A DNA stretch of 62,732 nt, the filler included, from Collodictyon triciliatum (Eukaryota): NCBI GenBank assembly GCA_043381765.1. It is 9 parts of 9 records of this genome, joined end to end, with 100 filler letters (N's around TTAATTAATTAA, not from the genome) between each part and the next. Parts side by side here need not be neighbours in the genome. Positions count along the whole stretch, not along the records: positions 29,646 to 35,616 come from JBHJMP010003961.1; positions 35,717 to 43,021 come from JBHJMP010003963.1; 7 more parts are not named here. One strand, 5' to 3'. A program made the position numbers and the translations under genes. The notes beneath the pieces are model-generated. The model made no database searches, was not told where the DNA came from, and saw only the letters and a program-made list of their open reading frames with translations. Shown here one piece after another: positions 30,291-40,603 of the stretch (position 1 is the first letter of the stretch; every line of letters starts with the position of its first letter).

Positions 30291-32461
30291 ATGGGCAGCA
30301 GGCTCTTCCGGACGCTTTCCCTCGTGCTGGCGGCAGCGGCGGCGGGGGCGGGGTGGCTGGGGACGGCGGAGTGTGCCGCGACGCAGCAGAGCGCGCTGAC
30401 GGTGACGCCGGCGGGGGCGTACGAGGGCTTCGGGGGCAGCGTGTGGCTGGCGGGCGGCGTGGCGCTGGGCGGGGCGGCCGATCGCAGCGTGTCGGCGGCC
30501 GAGCGGCGGGGCGCTGTGGCGGTGTTCCAGCGCAGCGGCACGGCGTGGGCGCAGACGGCCGTCCTGAGTGCCGCAGACGGCCGCGCCTTCGACAGCTTCG
30601 GACACGCCGTGGCCGCCACCGAGACCGTCGCCGCCGTGGGTGCGCCCCGCAACGACGCCACCGCCGCCCAGCTGCAGGACAGCGGCGCCGTCTACCTCTT
30701 CACCCAGCAGGCCGCAAACGTGTGGGCCCAGCTGGCCAAGCTCACCGCGTCCGACGCGGCAGCCACCGACGGCCTCGGCTCCGCCCTTGCCCTCAACGCA
30801 AACCTGCTTGTGGCGGCCGCCCCCGAAAAGACAGTCGGCCTGCGCGAGGGCGTCGGCGCCGTCTACGTCTTCACCCAGCAGGCCGCAAACGCCTGGGTCC
30901 AGAGCGCCGCCCTCACGCCCTCCGACGTCCTCCCCGGGCAGATGTACGGTACCGCCGTGGCCGTCGCCCCTGCCTCCGGCACAGCCCTTGCCGTCGGCGC
31001 GTGTGGGCAGGCCCCCTCCGGCGTCGTCTACATCTTCACGCAGCAGGCTGCCGGTGCGACTCCGCCCTTTGCGCAGCAGGCCAAGATTGTCCCGGCCGGC
31101 GTCGCCGCGGGTGCCCGCTTCGGCTCGTCCGTGGCCCTGGCCGGCTCCTACCTGCTCGCCGGCGCCCCGCTCGACACGGCAAACGCCTCTGCACAGGCAG
31201 GCTCCGTCTCCGTCTACACACTCGCCGGCGCGGCCTGGACGCTGCAGCAGAGAATCGTGCCGAGTGACGCGGCCAGTGGAGACAACTTTGGCGTCTCGCT
31301 TTCGCTGAATGCTGGCGCAACCGCCGCGCTTGTCGGCAGTCGCTATGCAAAGGTCGGCACAAACGCCAATCAGGGCGCCTCCTACCTCTACGTGCGCACC
31401 GTCTCCACATGGGCCTTGGATACAAAGATGACGGCAGCCGGCGGCTCGGCCAATGATGAGGTGGTCTCGGTCGCCCTCGCCGATTCCCATGCGGTCTTTG
31501 GGTCTCCCCGCAAGTCTATATCCGGCACCACCACGCTCGCTTACGCAGGGGCTGCTTACACTTTCTCTGTCACCATCCCCCAGCAAGGTTCGCTGTCTGA
31601 TGTCCTCTTGGATAATTCCATCCTTCCTCTCCTCTTCTCTTCTCTTCTCTTCTCTTCTCTTCTCTTCTCTTCTCTTCTCTTCTCTTCTCTTCTCTTCTCT
31701 TCTCTTCTCTTCTCTTCTCTTCTCTTCTCTTCTCTTCTCTGTTTCATTTTATTTTACTCTCCCGTGCAATCGGATTATATCCTCTTATTCTCCGTGATGT
31801 GTACTTTTGCTTCTGTATTCATTTCTTTGAATGCTGCTATGCACATTTGGCTTCCTTAACCAATTCTTTTCTAATTCTTTTCTTCTTTTTTTTCTTTTTT
31901 TCTTCTTTTTTCTTCTTTTTTCTTCTTTTTTCTTCTTTTTTCTTCTTTTTTCTTCTTTTTTCTTCTTTTTTTTCTTCTTTTTTTCTTTTTTTCTTTTTTT
32001 TCTTTTTTTCTTTTTTTCTTTTTTTCTTTTTTTCTTTTTTTTTTCATATAAAAATGATTGCTATTGTAAATCAATTTTTTTTAAAAAATAATATTTTTTT
32101 AACCATTCAACCTTCAAACATATCCCTGTGAATCATAGCATCACAGTCTGCTGCTAGGACTCGTTCTCGCTCAAGGTCTAGGACTCGCTCCCGTTCCAAG
32201 GCAAAGACTCGCTCCCGTTCAAATACAAAGAGTCGCACCGCTTCTAATGCTGGAAGCAAGAGCCATACCGGAGCATACACATCCAGCAAGACTGCCGCTC
32301 CTGCCTCCTCTTCAAGTTCCATGATAACAACCACTACCGCCGCCATTGCAGGGGGTGCTGGTGTTGGAATACTCGCTGTATCTGCCGCTGCGTTTTATGG
32401 GTTCAAAAAGTACCGCAAGCCCAAGAACGACGACATCGAGATGCGGCCAACAAACACCTAA
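30291..32461 (+). CDS. Single-pass surface protein: signal peptide, FG-GAP repeat propeller, Arg/Ser/Thr-rich stalk, TM, short tail (539 aa; exons 30291-31587, 32139-32461)
   Basis: Signal-like MGSRLFRTLSLVLAAAAAGAG. Repeats of FGxSVA…GAP…GAVYxF and KLTASDAAA. A phase-1 GT-AG intron joins in frame to …ARTRSRSRS…AIAGGAGVGILAVSAAAFYGFKKYRKP…TNT*. Confidence 0.9.
31625..32045. repeat. (CTCTT)n and T/C-rich simple repeats in the FG-GAP gene intron
   Basis: Direct tandem repeats. Confidence 0.9.
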
Positions 32462-33132
32462 ATCTGCCATGGCAACTCCTCCTCTTGCGATTCTGCGGCC
32501 GCGCTCTCTTTGTGTACCTCGTATAACTCTCCTTTGCTATCTTTTTCCCATGGCGTGTGTGCTTTTGAGATAAGCTTTGTAGACAAGAACTATGAAGATA
32601 TCTAATTATTTTTCGAGAGAGAAGCAGAGCAAGAGGTGTTATAGACCACTTGGCTTAAAGACATTCATTAAGATACCGCGTAATGCCCTTTGGTTCGCAC
32701 GCACCTTATTTTTATTTTGTCTTCGCTTGCCACTTGTCGGCACGACACCAAAACCCAACCGGTAGGGCAAAGAAGAAAGAAGAAAAAAAAAGAAAAAGAA
32801 AGCAAAACCTGGGACATCAAACCCGAAGTCATTTGCTTTTCGATCCTCTCTATTCAAAGAAAAAGAAAAGGAGTTTTTTTGCACTCGGGGCTGAAATCGA
32901 AAAAGAAAAGAAAGGTAGTAAGAAAGATTAGGTTAAAACGGCTTTGCCTCAATCTGATGAATCGGAAGGGCTTCCCTTCATGCCAGCGCCCAACTTATTG
33001 TTTTTTTTTCTCAGTAACAGCAGCACTTTTTTTTTTATTCTCTTTGTTATTTCCGGCTATTATGTTATACTGCTATAGAGTTTTCTTTATTTTCTTTGTT
33101 ACTAAAAGTCCACGGACCTTCTTTTTCGCAGG

Positions 33133-35513
33133 ATGGAGACCACTCCTACAAAGCCTCGAGAGACAAAAATCATTCGGCTCAAGCGGGTCGCGCCACCTTC
33201 TGATCCAGCCGCACCAAAGTCTCCCTCTCCTTATTCTCCGCAGCTGCTACAGAACACGCAGGCAGAGGCTCAGCTCCCAGTCAGCAGGGCAAAGGTTGTT
33301 GTTGATGACTACACTTGTTCTTCTTCTCTTCCTTTGCCTTCGACTGTTGCCAAGCCCGAGGCAAATGCGATCGCCTCTGTGCCTACGAGTGTGACAAGCC
33401 CCTCTACAGCCACGTCTTCGACCAAACGAAAGCGAGCAAAGATAGCTTCGGCTTCAAATCCTGAGGACGAGTTGTTGGATGCCCAGAAAAAACACTTGAA
33501 GCCCAAAATAACGACGCCCAACGCTCCAAATAGCATGTATGTGTTTAGTGTTTGTTTTCTTATGTATTTCAAAAAATATGCTATTTGGTGTCCAATCTAT
33601 GGTTTTTTTTTTTAAAAAAAAAATTCTAATAAATTCTTTTCATTTTGCTCAAAAGAAAACCTCACTTTCTTTCATCACTTCATCAATTCATTAGCATGGG
33701 CGGGGGTCTTGTGCCAAACGTCATAACATCACCTGGTAATTCGCTGGGACTTTCTGTGATTCCCATAGAGGTGGATGAAAGCTTAATAATTTCCAGAAAA
33801 GATGGTCTTGTGTCGCCTATTCATGTTGCCTCGGACGAATATACTCATTTCATGCAAGTTAGCTCATCGAAGTCCATTCCAACCGTGTCTATTAGCTCGC
33901 TTCCTATCAGTCACCAAACAATTGGTTGCATATACTCGGGTAAAGTTATTTTTTTTTTGTTATTCTTTCTATTTTCCGTGGCTTTTTTTTTATTGAATTA
34001 TACACCCTTTATTTTGTCAATAATTAAATGCAAATTAACGGTTATTAGATTACTCCCCAGATTCTGGTGTTTCTAGCGAGGGTGAACCTATTTTTGAAAC
34101 AGCAGAAAGACCCGTAATTTTCATTCTATTGTCACTTTCTATCGATTCACATGCGTAAAAAAATATAAAAGACATCTATGATGATGAAAAAAAAAAGTTA
34201 ATCAAGTCCTTGTTTTGATGTAGGATGGCTTGAAATCGCCCTAGCTAACTTTCCTTCTTTTTTTATCAGGATTATTTGACCGTGGAGCCATGCAGAATAC
34301 AGGGCTATAATCTAACTCTTCCAGTCTCATTCATCGGACTTTCAGATTACTCGTCAATATTTAACTTTGATGTTTGGAGGAAAGCATTAAGTGAGAAAGA
34401 GCGAACTTTTTTACAGGTAAACCGGAAAAGAAATAGAACACAATAACAAAAAAAAAAAAAAAATCTAAATTTTACTTGATTCGCTATGTTGTATATAAAG
34501 TAACAATGTGTATATGCAGAAACTTCTCCCAGATGGACTAAACTGCGACAGAATTGTGAGTGACCTATTTAGCGGGCGTGATATTAGATTCGAATCACCC
34601 ATCACCCGGTTCACTAATGATTTAAAAGGTACGAAATAGTGTAATACTTTGTGTATCTCCAAAAATATTACTCATAGCGTCTAATTCTCTAATTCTCTCC
34701 ATTTTTTAAACATTTCCTACTCATTTTATAGACGGAGTCTTCCATCAAAATGTATCAAAACATTTTAAAAGATTTGAATCCACAGAGAGAAATGTATATT
34801 TGGATAAATTTGGCGACTATAGCGATCAAAATGTCTTATTCTCCTTGGAGTATGCAAAGAAATTACAAAACCCATCCGAGCTAGAGGGCTTAGATTACTA
34901 TGGTCGGCTTGTATCTCAGTGTGATGATGTAATTGAAGAGACCCAACGACTAGATGATTTAAAGGAGACCCCAATCCACAAAAAAAATATTAAATCACAA
35001 ATGATTCAGAATATGGGAAGTCGGCTAAATCAATCAACAGAGGCCACCAAGAGCATACCTTTTCACAAGCCCATGTCTGATTCCATTGATATTGATTAAA
35101 ATATGATAGATGAACAAAAGATATCGAATTCAACACCCATTTCACTAACGCACGGAACTTTATATAATGTAGTCAATGTAGATACATGAATTCAAGTGAT
35201 GACATTGAAGAAGAAACCCCTCGTACAACTATAAATCCGTTTGTATTTTCTATATTGATACAATATTTAACCAGTCATTATATTCTTTTTTTTTTTTCAT
35301 TGAAAAAAGAAAGAAATCTGACGATTTTTATATGTACAGCATGTCCTTATGTGAGAATCATGAAGGTAGACTTTAACCTCATAATCTTTTGATTAAATTA
35401 TTATTATGTATTATTATGTATTATTATGTATTACACTCACATAATTGTATTAATTCGTTGCTAACTTAATATTAGATTATGTTGCAGGCGCATCTCAGGT
35501 TGACTATTCTTGA
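33133..35513 (+). CDS. DEUBAD-domain protein, NFRKB/INO80G-like, multi-exon
   Basis: Spliced: LPVSFIGLSDYSSIFNFDVWRKALSEKERTFLQKLLP…IVSDLFSGRDIRFESPITRFTNDLKDGVFHQNV. This resembles the NFRKB N-terminus (…TWQEVLSDSQREHLQQFLP…LFSGENFRFGNPL…DGHFNPEV). The final exons splice in frame to TGA 35511-35513. Confidence 0.75.
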
Positions 35514-35716
35514 TACATGAGTTGTTTTTTTTTTTTTTGTTTTTTTTATTAATTTTTTTCTTTTTATTAGAAATATTTGTACGTTGGAGATAATTTTTAT
35601 TCGAAGATTTTTAACTNNNNNNNNNNNNNNNNNNNNNNNNNNNNNNNNNNNNNNNNNNNNTTAATTAATTAANNNNNNNNNNNNNNNNNNNNNNNNNNNN
35701 NNNNNNNNNNNNNNNN

Positions 35717-36110
35717 TGAACGGCTTCAGCTCCTCACGAATAAGTTGCGGCCACACGTCCAGCGGTAGTTGGTAGATCATCACCGAGGTCTCTGTTGGTT
35801 TACTTCTGCTGAAGCTGATCGTAATATCGATCAAACTTACCTGCTTCAGCTCCAGAAGCTTTCGGGCGTTCTCTGCAGTGCGGAAGGCGATCAGGCAAAG
35901 GCCTTCGCTGTCCGGTAAGCGCAATTGGATGGACTCTTCCCGAATCTTGTTCGCTTTCAAGAAGTAGGCGAGCGCATCTGTTAGCCTGCGGGCCTTGTTC
36001 TTGTTGTAAACGACTTGCTCGACCCCGTGCAAGAATACTGTCCGCTCAGACAGACTTGCAGGCGGCTTCCTTGCGCGGGTCTTCCTAAACTTTCGTGCAA
36101 CTCGGGATTT
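35717..36110 (-). mobile_element. Probable L1/Tx1-like ORF1 (gag-like) fragment, cut by scaffold end
   Basis: Intronless, GC-richer frame …LCLIAFRTAENARKLL…TSVMIYQLPLDVWPQLIREELKPF resembles the RRM-like region of Tx1 ORF1. No in-frame ATG is present. Confidence 0.55.
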
Positions 36111-36677
36111 TCTTCACCAGCGTTGGAACCAGAAGAGCTGGCTGCAACTTGCAAAGCCTTCGATGTCTTGTTTCGCTGCCACCCAAGTTCTTATTGTCCT
36201 CTGTTGCTTCTTCACAGCGGCGTTTGCACAGGGCAGAGGAGCCACCGCAGCAGAGTTAAAAGAAAAATATAGAAAAAAAAAAAGACAGAACACGATACAA
36301 GAGTCGCAAAGAAGCGGGCTCATCTGGAGGAGACATTCTCACTTCTCAGTCAGCTAAGCGCACGCCTGAGTCATCCACAAGACTGTGCCAATAAGAAAAT
36401 TAGAATTGCTGCGGTATGGCTTTTGTGCACACTTGAACGGAGGGTGTGGATAAATCCAACGCACAGAAACCGTCAAAGTCTTCAGGCGAAGGTTATTGCG
36501 TCATGTTTTAATGCTGCTTGGCTTCCATCTCATGAAAAAAAAAGTCGTTTTGCAAGATTCGGAGGAGAGAAAAGGCTCGAAAGTCTGAGAGGTGTGTAGT
36601 CTTAGCAGTCGAGAGGTAACGTAGGGAAAGGATTAAAGGAGCGGAAAGAAAGAAAAGGATGTCGATTTTCCTCTGGG

Positions 36678-38928
36678 TTACTGAGAGGCGTCATACTTTC
36701 CGAATTTCAACCACCTGACTTTGCTGGCCTTCTCTGTGTTCGTTGTCCAGAGCCCTTCCATCCTTCCAGTTTGCGCTCGGTCACTCAGCTCCTTCCAGGC
36801 CGCCTCGAGTGCCGAGTCCACACCCCAGATTCTTGTGCAGTGCTCCTCAGTAAGTTCGCTGTCATCTTTCTCGTCGTGGTCTTCAAACTGCTCGATGGTA
36901 TCCAACAGTCGAAGAATCGAGGGACGAGACCTTGGAACGTCGTGCCAGCAGCCGCCAATCATGTCGTAGAGAAAGGCCGGGTTCTCAGCAGGCAGCGGGA
37001 GTCTGTGGCCGTCCAACAAGTTGCTGGAGATTTGTCCCTCAGATCTGAACCCTGCGAATGGCTCATTCCTAGTTCGCATGGCCCACAGTATCGTCCCAAC
37101 CGCGAAGACATCTGCTGCTTTCTGATTCTTGATGACGCCGGCAAAAAACTCCGGGCTGACCCAGTGGGTGGTGCCGTTGAAGGTCGTGTTTGTTTGCAGC
37201 CGCCCTTCCAGCTTCTTGGACAGTCCAAAGTCTGTCAGCTTGGCTACTCCCCCACAGATGAGGATGTTCTCTGTCTTCAGATCGCGATGGACTATGCTGT
37301 TTGAGTGAAGATGGGCCAGCCCGCGCAGGACTTCCTTCGTGAATTTCTTGCCTCGCAGATATGCTTCCTTGTTGCTCAGCGATGGCCATTTGCGCTCGAT
37401 CTCGTCCTTCAGCGACCAGTCAGCAAGCTCCATTACGAAGCACATGTACTGCTGGCTTCCTCGGTTTTGAGACAGCACAACCGTGTCCAGGACTTGTGCG
37501 ATGTTAACGTGAGGTGTCAGGTGCGTAGCGAGTTCGTACTCCCTGCTCCTCTGCTGTTTCTCATCGGGTGTCCTGCCGATGAACTCACCTTCAGAATAGT
37601 TTGCCTCCTTGGGTATCTTCATCGCACACTTCCTACCCATGTACACAACCTCGAACACAATCCCGAAGCCACCGGCCCCGAGAGGGAGACACTCGTCTAA
37701 TGTTTTCGGATCGAACGACTGTCCTTTGGTAGTTCTGGTAGTTAGCAGCTTGATTTTGCTGAGGCACTCGTCAGCCTTGCTCTTGAGTTCTCCCTGTTGA
37801 GTTACGACGCATAATAAATTACACTAATACTTATGTGCGTTTATATCTCACGGTAATGCTATGCGGGCGACATTAGAACGTAATAGAAAGTGGAAGATTC
37901 ATACAGAAACATAGAATTTTAGCCTTCTCAGAGCATCGGCGATTGTCATTCCGCCATACTCAACGCTGCAACTCCAGCAAGGCAAGTGGGATATTCCCTT
38001 GGGTGCTCTCTTGACAGATATCGCTCCGCTGGCATCATGAATGTAGAATTGCTCCAACTTTATCAAGCACGAGATTCCAAGAGGCAGCTCTGTAATCTAT
38101 AGTAGGTAAGTGGTGAGCATGTGCTGATGTGATAGTGTGCGATATTATTGAAAAAATTCATATCAACTTACGGGATTGGACATTATGTTAAATATCTTCA
38201 AATTAATTAGGCACGAAATTCCATCAGGCACGCTTGTTATTTTGTTGCCATCAGCACGAAGAAGTGTTAGATTGGTCAAGCACGATATTCCATTTGGCAC
38301 TGATGTGATTTGATTGTCTCTGATTGATAAAACGACCAATCCCGTCAAACACGATATTCCGTCAGGCACGCTTGATATCTTGTTGCCGTCAGCACGAAGA
38401 AGTGTTAGGTTGGTCAGTCGTGATATGCCATTTGGCATTGATGTGATTTGATTGTTATTCCAATCGAACGACTTCAACCCAGTCAAACACGATATTCCGT
38501 CAGGCACGCTTGATATTTTGTTGCCATCAACACGCAGTGTAGTCAGCCTTATGAGAATTGATATCCACCCCGGAATCGAGATGATCTGGTTGTCGAATAT
38601 ACTTAGATACTTTAGGTGCGTCAACTTTCGAAGACCTGGTGGAATCGCTATGATATTCCTCTCCTGCAAGTCCAGTCCATTACAGGTGGACAACGGGCTG
38701 TTCGGCGGCCATATCGTCGGCTTCAGTTGTACAATCTCCTGGATCTCTTCGTCACTTTCGTCCATCGCAGTCGGGCTCGTCCAGGTGTTCGTCCTCTGTG
38801 TCTGATTAAGGTTCTGATATTTAGGATGAGAGGTTCAAATGCGCTGAGCCTGTAAATTTATACCCTGAAAAATAGCCTCCAAATATCACCGTTGTGGGTT
38901 TGTGGTCAAGCCAGCGCATCGTCGACAT
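36678..38928 (-). CDS. Cytosolic LRR + Ser/Thr (TKL-like) protein kinase; start at 38928 (with a short first exon) or 38765
   Basis: 23-aa LRRs (LxxLxxxxNxIxSVPxGISCL) are joined through two GT-AG introns, in frame, to a kinase with GAGGFG, AMK, HRDLKTEN, DFG, WVSPE and DVFAVG. No signal peptide or TM is visible. Confidence 0.92.
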
Positions 38929-40603
38929 TTTCTAATTCTGGTTATTCGACAATGAAGGATCTCAGAAAGAAGACCACATTTTTCCACATTTGTAGAAATT
39001 TACAGAATCCTCCAGCTGGCTGCAGGGGTCTCGCGACTGCGTGTTTTTTGTGCATTTTCACGAAACTCTTTTCTTGCCGCGTTTACTGCGCCAGAGCGAG
39101 AATCAGCTTCCTGGATGTGCGATCGAGAGCAAGCAGCACTCTTCTTTACCCCTAAGATCGCTCTGAGGTCTTAAAACCCAGAGACAGACATTTGAGTTTG
39201 TTACCTGGCCCACTCTCACATCCACCCTGCCACTGGTCGCTCTATTTTTTGGTTTTTTTTTTGTTATTTATCTATTTTAATTTTTCTGTTTATGTTATTT
39301 ATCATTGTGTTGTTCGTATTGACCCTATGCGGCACATATCGAATGAAATAATTGTTAATTTTGATGTAATACGAAAGGAAACTATTATACTGGCGGAGCT
39401 CGATCTGCCGATTTGAGACATAACAGAATGATTTTCTCTGCTGCACAGTATAATGCACGCTATTTGCTTCGATCTCTTGTGGGTAGAGACACGCGAATGC
39501 TTTTATTGAGAAACGTTGCTGATACTGAGCGAGCTTATTGTTATTATGGTAAATATATTCTTTCGGTCCTTATAAAAATATTTGGTAAATGGCTTATATT
39601 TTATCGAGACTGCAACGACCATATCTGCCAACCGTATGTGTCCGACATTTTGAAAATCCTCCCAATTATCATTATTGTTGGTTCGCATCTTTACCACGAA
39701 GCCAACCTTTCTCTTCCGGTATTTAGAAATGAATGGAGCCACTGAAGTTGTCTTGATTGTCCTGGCGATGGCCTCAGATGGTTTCTTCTGTGGCTCTTCT
39801 GTCTGTCGTGCTCTGGTTGAGGGATGGACAATTTTGAATAAACGGTGCTTTGGCAGAGTAAATAAAGTTATTAAAAATAGCATGGCGAGCAGATTCGTTC
39901 ATTTGACAAATCCGAAGAAAAGAATAAAACCTATCAGATAAAAAATAAAAAAGGAAAAAAGAAACACGACAGGGTTGTACTCCAGATTTCCTCTGAGCTG
40001 ATTTCGCTGATTCCATAACCTCCACATCCCCATAACATACTGTTGAGGCATTTTGCCGATAAAGTCTGAACAAAATCTGAACGTGCCGAAAACACGACAA
40101 AATCAAATGCGCCTCAATAAGCGAGCCTATTCAGTTATTCGCAAAGAAGCTCCTTTTTTTTTTTTTTTTTGAACTCTGATATTTGTGTTTGGATCTGTAT
40201 GCAATAACTTTGTTTTATTACGATACATATAGATTGTGAAGCTGAAAATAACAAAATGAATTGAATTATTCCTTTTTTTTTTTTCATTCACCGCACCACA
40301 CAGTTATTATTCTCTCGTCTAAACAAAACCGAATGCGGGTTTGCTCTTCGTCGATACCAAACATGTATTCGGCACTTGGGCAACAATACAAAAACTTTGA
40401 CTCGGCTATGACACAAACAGCACTGGCAGCAGCACTCATGCAATTTAGTAAAAACTAGTATATCTTTAACAGAAAAAGGAAAAGAAATACTCGCACATTA
40501 TTAGGTTTGCCTCCTTCTTTATTGCTGCTTGGTTCTGTAGGAAACTCCGTGACGGGTGGGCTTTGGCCCCGCCACTTGCCGGAGAGGAAACACAGAGCTG
40601 GGG

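Noticed and set aside
30000-31586. 528-aa antisense ORF and other overlapping ORFs over the FG-GAP exon
   Set aside because: Shadows of a very GC-rich coding exon, extended by simple repeats; no recognisable protein features.
32395-32425. YGFKKYRK as the integrin-alpha GFFKR motif
   Set aside because: Only a partial match, explainable as an ordinary aromatic/basic stop-transfer sequence; thigh and calf domains are absent.
35075-35190. Apparent TAA readthrough or stop-codon reassignment in the DEUBAD gene
   Set aside because: A phase-2 intron (AT|GTCTGA…CACTAAC…ATGTAG|ATAC) removes the TAA and restores frame. Long ORFs elsewhere use the standard code, and TAA, TAG and TGA all serve as stops.
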